Source of the DNA: a virus | Taxonomy: Duplodnaviria; Caudoviricetes | Length of the DNA stretch: 56,373 nt | IMG/VR virus record: IMGVR_UViG_3300029319_007099 | Location: 1 to 56,373 of that record | Direction: 5' to 3' (one strand) | Shown: piece after piece, positions 38,230 to 47,600 of the stretch | Numbering within the stretch: the stretch's first letter is position 1 | How the letters are laid out: the number at the start of each line of letters is the position of its first letter | Notes under the pieces: generated by a model | Database searches by the model: none | Told to the model about the DNA's origin: nothing | The model's input: only the letters and a program-made list of their open reading frames with translations | Translations under genes and position numbers: made by a program

Positions 38230-39032
38230 AAGATAAAGTATGGCTTCTAGGTCCCTGCTCTTTGGAGGATAGGGACACATTTATGTTTACATTAAGCATG
38301 ATTAGTGCTGAAATGACACCTGAAGATGATTGGTACATGAAAGCCAGTTTCGATAAGGCGAATAGAACATCTTTACATGGAGGTCGAGGCCCTGGCTTAG
38401 ACTACTGTAAGGATGTATGGGCAGAAGCTAAGGAGTTATACCCTGGCACTAAGTTCATTACGGATGTTCACGAAACCCATCAAGTTGAGCAGTTAGTGGG
38501 CCATGTGGATGCTATTCAGATCCCTGCGTTCTTAGGTAGGCAGACAGACTTAATTGTTGAGTGCGCCAAGCATTTCGATAAGATTAACATTAAGAAAGGG
38601 CAGTGGTTAGGCCCTAACAACTTGATTAAGTCTGTGGATAAAGTAAAAGAGGTTAATCCTGATTGCGAGGCTTGGATTTGCGACAGAGGCACCAATTTTG
38701 GTTACTATGATCTTTTCGTGAATTTTGGAATCGTTGATGAGCTTAAAAAATATTATGATAAGGTCATACTCGATTGCACTCATGCGACTCAAAGATCTAG
38801 GGGTGTTTACGGCAAACAAGGAGATCCTATTCTAGCGGAGAGGTACTTCATGGCTGCAAACCTCTTTAATTACGATGGTGTTTTCGCAGAGATTCACCCT
38901 AGACCTAATGATGCGGTCTCAGATGGAGATTGTCAATTAAGCGTCTCACAGTTCAGAGAAGTCTTGAAAAAGACGAGAATGATTGACGCTCTCCCACCTG
39001 TGGGTAGGCATCATAGAGTTGTGGGGGACTAG
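38226..39032 (+). CDS. kdsA: KDO 8-phosphate synthase family, metal-dependent type
   Basis: GPC, KASFDKANRTS, TDVHE, QIPAFLGRQTDL, NIKKGQ, DCTHATQ and EIHP..SDG. Confidence 0.92.
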   Translation: MKDKVWLLGPCSLEDRDTFMFTLSMISAEMTPEDDWYMKASFDKANRTSLHGGRGPGLDYCKDVWAEAKELYPGTKFITDVHETHQVEQLVGHVDAIQIPAFLGRQTDLIVECAKHFDKINIKKGQWLGPNNLIKSVDKVKEVNPDCEAWICDRGTNFGYYDLFVNFGIVDELKKYYDKVILDCTHATQRSRGVYGKQGDPILAERYFMAANLFNYDGVFAEIHPRPNDAVSDGDCQLSVSQFREVLKKTRMIDALPPVGRHHRVVGD

Positions 39033-39698
39033 TTGAGACGGTTAGCTGTAATTCCCGCAAGATCAGGCTCAACCAGACTAAAGAATAAGAACACATTCCC
39101 TTTAGGAGGGAAGCCTCTTATTCGTTGGATGACTGAGGCTGTTATTAACTCTAAGTGTTTTGATAAAGTTATCATCTCGACAGACGGATCACACATCTTT
39201 GATGCTGTAGAAGATTTGCCTGTCGAGAGGCACTACAGACCCGACAGCCATGCCACAGTTAGGGCAACCGTACTTGATGCCATGATAGATCTCATGGAAG
39301 GTGTGCAAGAGGAGTATGATGTTTTCTCTTATTTCCTTCCTACCTGCCCGTTCATTAGTCCGTTGGACATTGTGAAGGGCGTAGAAGCTTTGGATCCTAG
39401 CACAGACACCGTTATTAGCATGACTGAAATTCCAGAGACACTACAACTTGCCTGTGTTATGAAAGATGATTGGGTTTTGCCTGTCTATGATAATTTAGAA
39501 CTGGGAATGACAAATAGCAAGTTCCTAAAGAAGTATTACAAACCCTCTGGTGCGTTTTACATGGGGTGGTGGGACACAATCATACAGAATAGAAACTTTT
39601 TTAAGGGCAGCACCAAAGGAGTTCGCATCCCTCAAGAGAGATCAATAGATATCAACGACATCTATGACATACAATTAGCAAATAATTTATTAACATGA
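39033..39698 (+). CDS. CMP-ulosonate synthetase (NeuA/acylneuraminate cytidylyltransferase family)
   Basis: IPARSGSTRLKNKN, ISTD, PTCPF, GAFY and SIDIND. Confidence 0.9.
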   Translation: MRRLAVIPARSGSTRLKNKNTFPLGGKPLIRWMTEAVINSKCFDKVIISTDGSHIFDAVEDLPVERHYRPDSHATVRATVLDAMIDLMEGVQEEYDVFSYFLPTCPFISPLDIVKGVEALDPSTDTVISMTEIPETLQLACVMKDDWVLPVYDNLELGMTNSKFLKKYYKPSGAFYMGWWDTIIQNRNFFKGSTKGVRIPQERSIDINDIYDIQLANNLLT

Positions 39699-40879
39699 CA
39701 AAAGAAACATTTCTTGATCTTGGCTTTCAGCCGATAGCAAACGGCTTCCTAAAAGAGGGTGAAACCGACAACGAGTTTTTCTTCCCTTTAGAGGTCGCGT
39801 TAGATGAGGACACCTTTCTGGTGACTCAAAAAGAGTATGTGTCACCAGAGAAGATGTTTAACGACACTTACGCTTATAGAGGGTCAATGTCCAAAACAAT
39901 GGTTGAGCATTTTAAAAATATTTCGATGACTTTGGGTGCTTACCTAGACCCAAACCCTAAAGTTCTAGAGATAGGTAGCAATGATGGTGTTTTCATCAAG
40001 AACTGGGGCACAGAAACAACTTACGCTGTTGAACCTTGCGGTAACTTTGCCAAGGAAACAAATGATCTGGGTTACAAGACTTACAGCAGGTTTTGGAACA
40101 AAGATTTATCTAACGATATTGTAGCCGAAGTAGGGACCATGGACTTGGTGTTTGCTGCAAACTGTATGTGCCATATTCCTGATTTGGAGGAGACTTTTGG
40201 CGCTGTTGCGAATGTTCTCGACAAAGAGGGCTTGTTTGTTTTTGAAGACCCCTCTTTGGCTAAGATGATAAACCTAAACTCATACGACCAAATTTATGAT
40301 GAACACGCGCACATCTTTTCTGTTCTGGCTCTTAAAAATGAATTAGAAAAAGTAGGCATGAGAATCATTCGCGTGGATGAGCTTTCGGTGCATGGTGGAT
40401 CTAATCGAATCTGGGCTGTACATCAGGATTCTTCTTGGGTTGAAAACAGTAGTGTTTCTCAAGCGTTATCTTTTGAGAGGCTTTTAGGGTTAGACATGCT
40501 AGAGGTTTACGATAGGTTTAGCACAAGAGTGGCTCAATCAAAGTTAGATCTACAGACTCTTTTGTGGTCATGTAAAGATAATGGACATAAGGTGATCAGT
40601 TATGGTGCTACATCAAAATCAACAACAATTTTTAATTATTGCGATATTGGTTCAGAGTTGATTGATTACATCGTAGACACTACACCAGAAAAGCAAGGTA
40701 AGCTCTCTCCAGGTACGCACATTCCCATTACAAAACCTTTAGGGTTGATTGAAGATGATATTAATTATTGCTTCTTGGGTGCTTGGAACTTCATGGATGA
40801 GATATCCAAAAAAGAATCAGCTTTTCTGGAGCGCGGTGGTAGGTTTATCACTCATGTTCCAATCGTGAGGTTCGTGTGA
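39695..40879 (+). CDS. NDP-sugar C-methyltransferase
   Basis: DLGFQPIAN, EIGSNDG, YDQIYDEH, HGGS, YGATSKS, VDTTPEKQG and AWN. Confidence 0.9.
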   Translation: MTKETFLDLGFQPIANGFLKEGETDNEFFFPLEVALDEDTFLVTQKEYVSPEKMFNDTYAYRGSMSKTMVEHFKNISMTLGAYLDPNPKVLEIGSNDGVFIKNWGTETTYAVEPCGNFAKETNDLGYKTYSRFWNKDLSNDIVAEVGTMDLVFAANCMCHIPDLEETFGAVANVLDKEGLFVFEDPSLAKMINLNSYDQIYDEHAHIFSVLALKNELEKVGMRIIRVDELSVHGGSNRIWAVHQDSSWVENSSVSQALSFERLLGLDMLEVYDRFSTRVAQSKLDLQTLLWSCKDNGHKVISYGATSKSTTIFNYCDIGSELIDYIVDTTPEKQGKLSPGTHIPITKPLGLIEDDINYCFLGAWNFMDEISKKESAFLERGGRFITHVPIVRFV

Positions 40880-41295
40880 GTGAGTTAATAGAAAAACCTG
40901 TCTTTCAAGACATTCAGTATCATGAGGATGACAGAGCCCAGAGGTACTTAAATGTTTTCCCTCATATAGAAGGACAATTAAATGTTTCGTTTGTTAATTC
41001 AACGAAGCATATAGTTGCTTGGCATAAACATGACATACAAAGTGATTTTTGGTGTTGTTTAAAAGGTTCATTTAAAGTTGGTTTAGCCACTGACGATGGA
41101 TCTATAAGGTGGGAGTATCTGTCAGAGAAAACTAATAAGGTGTTGGAGATTCCACCTGGGGTGTATCATGGCTACAAGGCTTTAGAGCCAAACTCTATCT
41201 TGATGTATCACTTGACGCATAAATACAATCCTAAGGATGAGATTAGAGCAAAGGTAGGTGCGTTTGGCGAAAAATGGGAAACAGAAAACAAGTAA
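40876..41295 (+). CDS. RmlC-like cupin (NDP-4-keto-sugar 3,5-epimerase family)
   Basis: HEDDR, AWHKH..Q.D and IPPGVYHGY. Confidence 0.8.
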   Translation: MSELIEKPVFQDIQYHEDDRAQRYLNVFPHIEGQLNVSFVNSTKHIVAWHKHDIQSDFWCCLKGSFKVGLATDDGSIRWEYLSEKTNKVLEIPPGVYHGYKALEPNSILMYHLTHKYNPKDEIRAKVGAFGEKWETENK

Positions 41296-41705
41296 CCGTT
41301 GATGATGTTCAGTTTTACAACATGAGAACTGTTGTGGATGAGAATGGCAATCTGACCCCGATACAATCGAATGAGGCTTTACCGTTCTCTATTCAACGAG
41401 TTTTTTATGTTTATGGTGTAAGGAGTGAGGAACTTCGTGGTTGTCACGCTCACTACGAAACAAAACAGCTTCTTATTTGTTTAAACGGTAAGATACAGGT
41501 GATTTGTAAAGACGGCGAGAATGAGAGACAATTCCTTCTTGAGTCCCCACAACAAGCACTTTATGTGCCTGAAATGATTTGGGATGAGCAGTTGTATAGA
41601 TCGGAGGATTCAGTTTTGCTGTCTATTTGTAGTACAAAGTGGGATCCTAGCGATTACATACACAATTATGATGAGTTCAAAAAGATAAAAGGTTCTTTAG
41701 AATGA
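41274..41705 (+). CDS. FdtA/QdtA-family sugar 3,4-ketoisomerase (cupin)
   Basis: DENGNL, PFSIQRVFYVY, RGCHAH and YIHNYDEF. Confidence 0.88.
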   Translation: MGNRKQVTVDDVQFYNMRTVVDENGNLTPIQSNEALPFSIQRVFYVYGVRSEELRGCHAHYETKQLLICLNGKIQVICKDGENERQFLLESPQQALYVPEMIWDEQLYRSEDSVLLSICSTKWDPSDYIHNYDEFKKIKGSLE

Positions 41706-42607
41706 GGATACTAGTTACAGGTGGTTGTGGGCACATAGGCTCAAAGTTTATTAGAAGTTACAAGAAGCACGATCTTACCGTTGTTGATAATTTATCGACT
41801 CAAAGATACTGCTCTTTGTTTTCTTTGGATAGGAACATCAAGTTTTTTAATTTAGATTTCGGTGACTTGACGCTTGATTATTTGAAGCAGTTTGATGTCG
41901 TTATTCACCTAGCAGCCATAACAGATGCACCAAGTACATTCAAAGATCCTAGTCTTTTGGAAAAAACTAATGTTGAAAAGACTAAGAGGTTCTTTGATAC
42001 TTGCCGTCTTGCTGGATGTAGGGTCATTTTTCCTTCCTCCACCAGTGTATATGGAAAAGCAGTTGATGAAGTGTTTGAGGATGATGAATCTGCACTCAAC
42101 CCACAAAGCCCGTATGCGGAGGCTAAGATTAACATAGAAAACTACCTCAGAGCCAATGATGGTAGGTTTACTATTTTGCGTTTTGGCACCATCTTCGGTT
42201 ATAGTGAGGGTATGAGGTTTCATACAGCTATAAACAAGTTTTGCTTTCAGGCAGCACTAGGAGAACCGCTAACTGTGTGGAAACAAAACTATGAACAATA
42301 CAGACCTTACTTAGGACTCAACGATTGTGTTGATGCTTTATCTTTGTGTATAGACAACGAGGACTTGGTAGGATCACAAGAAACTTACAATGTTTTGTCT
42401 ACCAATACTAGGCTGAAAGACATAGTTAGTTTCATAACAAAGGTTAAGTCTGTGAAGGTTAATTATGTTGATACGCCTTTGTTGAATCAACATTCGTATT
42501 TTGTTAATGATGATAAGATTAAATCTTTAGGGTTTTGTCCTGAGGACGATCTGTTTCATTCAATCTCAAAAACCTTGAAAGCTTTATCAGGCATAGACAA
42601 TGCGTAA
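41702..42607 (+). CDS. NAD-dependent sugar epimerase/dehydratase (extended SDR)
   Basis: GGCGHIG, HLAA, SSTSVYG and YAEAK. Confidence 0.9.
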   Translation: MRILVTGGCGHIGSKFIRSYKKHDLTVVDNLSTQRYCSLFSLDRNIKFFNLDFGDLTLDYLKQFDVVIHLAAITDAPSTFKDPSLLEKTNVEKTKRFFDTCRLAGCRVIFPSSTSVYGKAVDEVFEDDESALNPQSPYAEAKINIENYLRANDGRFTILRFGTIFGYSEGMRFHTAINKFCFQAALGEPLTVWKQNYEQYRPYLGLNDCVDALSLCIDNEDLVGSQETYNVLSTNTRLKDIVSFITKVKSVKVNYVDTPLLNQHSYFVNDDKIKSLGFCPEDDLFHSISKTLKALSGIDNA

Positions 42608-43334
42608 GTTATTGATTACTGGTGGTGCAGGTAAACTCGCTAGACAGATAATAAATAAGAACCGTGGTCAGTACAAAATTTATGCACCTAATAGAGATTA
42701 CATGGATCTAACTTGCGCTGATTCAGTCAGAGATTATATAAGTAAGATCAATCCTGATATAGTGCTTCATGCAGGTGCCTACACCAGACCCATGAACAAG
42801 CACCAGGAAAACGCTGACATAAGCATAAAAACTAATATCATAGGAACTTGCAATGTAGTTTTAGCTTGCATGGAGCGCAGTTGTAAATTAGTGTACATAT
42901 CTACAGATTATGTTTATCCTGGGACTGATGGAGACTATGACGAAAACAGCCCTTTATCTCCGTACACAGGCAATAACGATGGGCTAACTAAATACGGCTG
43001 GTCTAAACTTGGAGGCGAATGTGCGGTCAAAATGTATGATAATTCGTTGATTTTGAGAGCTTGTATATGCGACAAGCCTTTCCCACACAAGAAAGCCGCA
43101 ACAGATGTCAAGAAGAGCTTGCTTTTTAATGATGAGGCTGCTGAGATTATACTAAAACTACTAAATGAAAAGGGTATAATAAATGTGGGTGGAGAAGCAA
43201 GAACTGTTTATGATTTTGCACATGAACACGACTCTACGACACAAAAATTAAGTAAAGAAGATATTGATGATGTCAACATTGCACCAGACACGACGATGAA
43301 CATCACAAAAATGAGAAGCTTGATAAAGAAATGA
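42600..43334 (+). CDS. RmlD-like NDP-4-keto-sugar reductase
   Basis: TGGAGKLA, HAGAYT, YISTDYVY and YGWSKLGGE. Confidence 0.88.
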   Translation: MRKLLITGGAGKLARQIINKNRGQYKIYAPNRDYMDLTCADSVRDYISKINPDIVLHAGAYTRPMNKHQENADISIKTNIIGTCNVVLACMERSCKLVYISTDYVYPGTDGDYDENSPLSPYTGNNDGLTKYGWSKLGGECAVKMYDNSLILRACICDKPFPHKKAATDVKKSLLFNDEAAEIILKLLNEKGIINVGGEARTVYDFAHEHDSTTQKLSKEDIDDVNIAPDTTMNITKMRSLIKK

Positions 43335-43942
43335 CACAAATAAGATTAAATTTAGGTTGTGCATCTAGGTTGCTCCCAGACTACATCAACATAGACATGG
43401 ACTCATTGGATGAAATTAAGAGACGCTATCCAAACATCCAGGTTCCTGACAATATTGCTTTCTTGGTGGGTGATGCACTGAATTTAGATTTTGATGATGA
43501 ATCGGTGGATGAGGTAAGAGCAGATGCGTTGTTAGAGCACTTCTCTTTTTTAGAAGAGCCTAAGTTTTTTAGAGAAGCAGCAAGAGTGTTAAAGCCAGGA
43601 GGTGTTTTGCGATTCTCTGTTCCTGATTTTGAAGACGCAGTTCGTAAGTGGTTAGATGCGGAAGACGATTGGAAGGACTTCTTTAGAAATGATGACGAAG
43701 CTATAGAAAACAAACATTGGTTTGGTAACTACTCGTACTCCACAGAAAACAGGTGGGGTTATTTAATGGCAAGTATTTTCGGTCCACAGAATGGAGAAGG
43801 GCAGTTCCACAAGAACGCTTACACGGAGAAGAAAATTGAAGCCATATGTCAAGTCCTAGGTTTTGGACAACCTAAGATAGATAGGTTTTTATGGAAAGGT
43901 GATCGAGACCTAATGCTTGAAGTTGAGATGAGAAAGTTATGA
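43331..43942 (+). CDS. SAM-dependent methyltransferase (type 11-like)
   Basis: LNLGC, LEH and RVLKPGGVLRFSVPD. Confidence 0.88.
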   Translation: MTQIRLNLGCASRLLPDYINIDMDSLDEIKRRYPNIQVPDNIAFLVGDALNLDFDDESVDEVRADALLEHFSFLEEPKFFREAARVLKPGGVLRFSVPDFEDAVRKWLDAEDDWKDFFRNDDEAIENKHWFGNYSYSTENRWGYLMASIFGPQNGEGQFHKNAYTEKKIEAICQVLGFGQPKIDRFLWKGDRDLMLEVEMRKL

Positions 43943-45093
43943 GTTTAGTTAGAGACAATTTAACTGTTATTGTTACGATTAGAAACCGTCGTAATACACT
44001 TCCTCGCGTTATGAATTACTACAAGAATTTTCCTGCGCGAGTTATATTTTTAGATAGCACTCAAGGCCCTGCTTATGAAAAAGCGTTCACTGCTGCACCT
44101 AACGAATATAGGCATGTTCCAGGTAAGACATATGTGCAAAAGATAAATGATTGTTTGCAGGAGGTTGACACAAAATACTCAGTGGTAGTTTGTGATGATG
44201 ATTTTTTAGTTGGTGAGGGTCTTCAATATTGCATTGAGTTCCTAGAGAAACATGACAATTATGTTGCTTGCAGAGGACAAGAAGTTGCCCTATTAAATAA
44301 TTTCATGAGCTTTGAGACTTTGGATTATTTGGTGGAGAGGTTTGATCTTTTTGAGAGCGATGATGTTAAGGAGAGAGTGTACAGAGCATGGACTTACTTT
44401 AATGGAGCTAATGTTCACAATATTATGAGAACTGAAGTTCAAAAAAAGATTCAAGAGTTTCATCTGCAACATGACCATTACAATGCAATGATGATCTACG
44501 ATAAAACACTTACATTTGTCACAGCGTTGCATGGAAACATCGCCACCCTACCTGTTTTTTACATAGTTAGAAGCGATGAACAGGCAGCAACATCCTTAAA
44601 TGCTGAGAATAGTGTTTATAATAATGAAGGAATTAAGGACGCTAAAAGTATAAAGAAGGACATACAGCAAGCCGCTGAAAAGATAACTGATTGGAAACCA
44701 CACCTTAAATTTAGAAAAGATTTTTTGGATTTAGATAGTGAGGCTTTAGAGAAAGCAGCAGGGATCAGTAGGGATTTGATTGTGGAGATGCATCAGAATC
44801 TGTGTTCTGGAAAAGTTCGGGACGCTAGAATGCAGGAGATCATGAATGATAATGATATTTTTTATCCTTGCATGAATAAATTTCATGGTATGCCTCTCCT
44901 ATTTCGCCCAGGTGCAGGAGGCGACCTATTAGGGCCTGAAGCCGCATACAACGACAAAGATAAAAAACATGAATACTTTACGAGCTTTAGAAACGGGGGT
45001 CAAAAAGCAAAGGACATGTATCCAGTTTTAACAGGAAAAAACTTATTAGCTTTGAATGACATAATTAAATGTGTAAAAAGATTTCCCCTATGA
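43939..45093 (+). CDS. GT2-like glycosyltransferase (TIGR00180-like)
   Basis: TIRNR, LDST, VDTKYSVVVCDDDF and YVACRG. Confidence 0.75.
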   Translation: MSLVRDNLTVIVTIRNRRNTLPRVMNYYKNFPARVIFLDSTQGPAYEKAFTAAPNEYRHVPGKTYVQKINDCLQEVDTKYSVVVCDDDFLVGEGLQYCIEFLEKHDNYVACRGQEVALLNNFMSFETLDYLVERFDLFESDDVKERVYRAWTYFNGANVHNIMRTEVQKKIQEFHLQHDHYNAMMIYDKTLTFVTALHGNIATLPVFYIVRSDEQAATSLNAENSVYNNEGIKDAKSIKKDIQQAAEKITDWKPHLKFRKDFLDLDSEALEKAAGISRDLIVEMHQNLCSGKVRDARMQEIMNDNDIFYPCMNKFHGMPLLFRPGAGGDLLGPEAAYNDKDKKHEYFTSFRNGGQKAKDMYPVLTGKNLLALNDIIKCVKRFPL

Positions 45094-45989
45094 AAACACA
45101 CCAAATTTTTAGTGACTTATGGAAGTCTAAAGAGAATGTGAAGACCAGACCTCATTATGTAAGAAACATTATCATGGTAAATGCTGATGAGTTTGTTGAA
45201 AAAGTATTGAATGCAGATGAAAGCGAGGCATCTGATTTAGTAGATTCCATTTATTCTGGTGATGCTTACATATTAAAAGATGCTTTTGGTAGCGAGTTTG
45301 TTGAAGATCTGAAACATAAAGTATATCAGTGGTCAATAAATACTGAAAATAAGTCTTATGAGATGCGTGATGGTTGCCCAGACTATCATTGTGTTTATGA
45401 TACTCCTCAAGGTCCCGCTGGAGGCTACACTAGTTTAGAACACTCGTATGTCTTCTTTCGACATAACAAAAACCCTTTAAATGTTTTTCATCCTTTAGAA
45501 AAGTATTGGGCAGCGATTAAAGTTTTAAGTGGTCAAACACAAGATGCATACAAAAACAATGTTCCCTCTGATGGCTTGATTGATAGAATTACTTTTTTGC
45601 AATATCCCATAAATAAAGGGAAAATAACTAAACATTTTGATTCACCTAAAGCACAAAAGGTTTTGTTAGGTATGCTTATGTCTCAAATAGGTGAAGATTA
45701 TGATTATGGTGAAAATGGTTTTTATCTAGTTGATAAAAAAGACAGAAGAGTACACCTAGAAAACTTGTGCAAAAAGGGTGATTTTATTTGCGTGTATCCC
45801 ACTATGTATCACGGTGTTCCTACGGTGACAAAAATTGATCGTGGGCTTAGACAGAGGTGGGATAGTCCTGACGGGCGTTGGTATTTACAGTGCTATACAG
45901 CCGAATCACATGAGGTTGAGGGACGCGAATATTCTACAGCGGTACGAGACGAGGCTGGTCATGGACCAATGGCAAATCATATAAAGTAA
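45090..45989 (+). CDS. 2OG-Fe(II) dioxygenase
   Basis: QYP..G.ITKHFD (HxD), GDF, YHGV and a distal RW. Confidence 0.75.
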   Translation: MKTHQIFSDLWKSKENVKTRPHYVRNIIMVNADEFVEKVLNADESEASDLVDSIYSGDAYILKDAFGSEFVEDLKHKVYQWSINTENKSYEMRDGCPDYHCVYDTPQGPAGGYTSLEHSYVFFRHNKNPLNVFHPLEKYWAAIKVLSGQTQDAYKNNVPSDGLIDRITFLQYPINKGKITKHFDSPKAQKVLLGMLMSQIGEDYDYGENGFYLVDKKDRRVHLENLCKKGDFICVYPTMYHGVPTVTKIDRGLRQRWDSPDGRWYLQCYTAESHEVEGREYSTAVRDEAGHGPMANHIK

Positions 45990-46939
45990 TGCAGACAGAC
46001 CAGAGACTCACCATATTCGTTCCTTTAAAAGATAGAGTTAAATATACTCTGCGCTTCTTAGAGTACATGGCTCATGTTAAATGTCCGTATAAAATTATCC
46101 TAGCTGATGGTGGTAAAGATAAAAAAATTCAAGATTTGCTAGAATCAAAAGAGCACTTTCAGAATTTAGATTATGATTACTTACGGTATCCATATGATGA
46201 AAATGTTGATTTGTTTTATGAGAAGATGCATTCTGGATTATCTAAGATAGACACACCTTACACGATGATTATGGACAATGATGATTTTGTCCATATGGAT
46301 GGATTAAATGAGTGCCTGAAAACACTAGAGGAGGGTGGTTGGTCATCATCAAGAGGAAGGATAGATGATATGCTAGGGAAAAACATCTACACGCTATACC
46401 CAGACTCCGTTAAGGGAGAAACATGTGCAGACAGAATATTAGATCAAACGAATCGGTTTCATGGTAATTGGCACAATGTTACACAAACTAAATTTCTAAA
46501 GGCTTGTTGGTCAATGATTAACATCGTAAAACCGACTAACTTCCGAGTTACAGAGCAGATTACAGGTTACTTAAGTATTTGTTGGGGTAACGGACATAGA
46601 GGTGATTTTCCTTGGTTAGTTCGTGATGATGGCGAAAGAATTGATACTGATTCAGGATCGTTGCAGAACCACTTCCCTCCGCAAGATGTGTGGTTGAACG
46701 CAGAGTATTGGCCTCAAGAATTCAATAAGATGGTTGATATAATAGGATCTTGCATTTCATATCATGATGATATTGATTTGGAGGATGCTAGAAATCTGTT
46801 CTATAATAATTATTGGTGTAAATTACCTGATCTAAAAGATTTAGTTAACAGGCGTGTGGAGGAAGCTAAAAAGTTGGGATACTGTAAGGATCGAGTAAGC
46901 AAACTATTGAAGGTGTGTAGTGAATATGACCTTAAGTAA
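45989..46939 (+). CDS. GT2-like glycosyltransferase (TIGR00180-like), second copy
   Basis: VPLKDR, ILADGG and IDTPYTMIMDNDDF. Confidence 0.8.
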   Translation: MQTDQRLTIFVPLKDRVKYTLRFLEYMAHVKCPYKIILADGGKDKKIQDLLESKEHFQNLDYDYLRYPYDENVDLFYEKMHSGLSKIDTPYTMIMDNDDFVHMDGLNECLKTLEEGGWSSSRGRIDDMLGKNIYTLYPDSVKGETCADRILDQTNRFHGNWHNVTQTKFLKACWSMINIVKPTNFRVTEQITGYLSICWGNGHRGDFPWLVRDDGERIDTDSGSLQNHFPPQDVWLNAEYWPQEFNKMVDIIGSCISYHDDIDLEDARNLFYNNYWCKLPDLKDLVNRRVEEAKKLGYCKDRVSKLLKVCSEYDLK

Positions 46940-47600
46940 TCAAAAAATACTTGAAACTGTTAAAAGAGATGGGATTTGTGTCTTGGGAGATGATATCCTT
47001 AGCGAAGAGCAAAAGGAGTTCTTCCTATCTTCTTTAGACGAACTATCTAAAAATGACAGTGATTATAAATTTGGCAAGGCTTATAATACGGGAGGTCTTC
47101 ATAATTGGGTAGGCACACCTGTCGCTGAGTTATGCACCAGCCCGTTAGTTATGGAGTTTATATCCACTTATTTTGATAGGCGCGTGGGTTGTGAGGTTTT
47201 CTTAACGCATGAATATAAAAATGACGAAGGTTTAGATCGAAATGGCTTCCTTCATTTTGATAGGCTTCACACTCTTAAGTTTTTTATTTACTTAACTGAT
47301 TGCGATGAGGAGTCTGGTGCCTTTCACTATGTTCCTGGTTCTCATAAGACTGGTAAAAAACTAAGAGAGCAGGGCAGCTTATCGTATGTAGATGATTTTA
47401 TTTCCAACAAGAAGGACTATGATGAAAAGAAGAATCGTTTGGAGGTCGATTTCCCTGAGTTGGGCTATAAGGCCTCCGACGCAGTACCAATAACAGGCAA
47501 AGCTGGGACAATGTTCATTTTCGATACTGATTTATTTCATTTTGGAGGTAAGATTGCGAACGGTAAAGAGCGAAAAGTAATGAGGTTGCATTTTAGATGA
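46926..47600 (+). CDS. PhyH-family 2OG-Fe(II) dioxygenase
   Basis: LHFD, KFFIYLTD, YVPGSH, GKAGTMFIFDT..FHFG and a terminal Arg. Confidence 0.88.
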   Translation: MTLSNQKILETVKRDGICVLGDDILSEEQKEFFLSSLDELSKNDSDYKFGKAYNTGGLHNWVGTPVAELCTSPLVMEFISTYFDRRVGCEVFLTHEYKNDEGLDRNGFLHFDRLHTLKFFIYLTDCDEESGAFHYVPGSHKTGKKLREQGSLSYVDDFISNKKDYDEKKNRLEVDFPELGYKASDAVPITGKAGTMFIFDTDLFHFGGKIANGKERKVMRLHFR

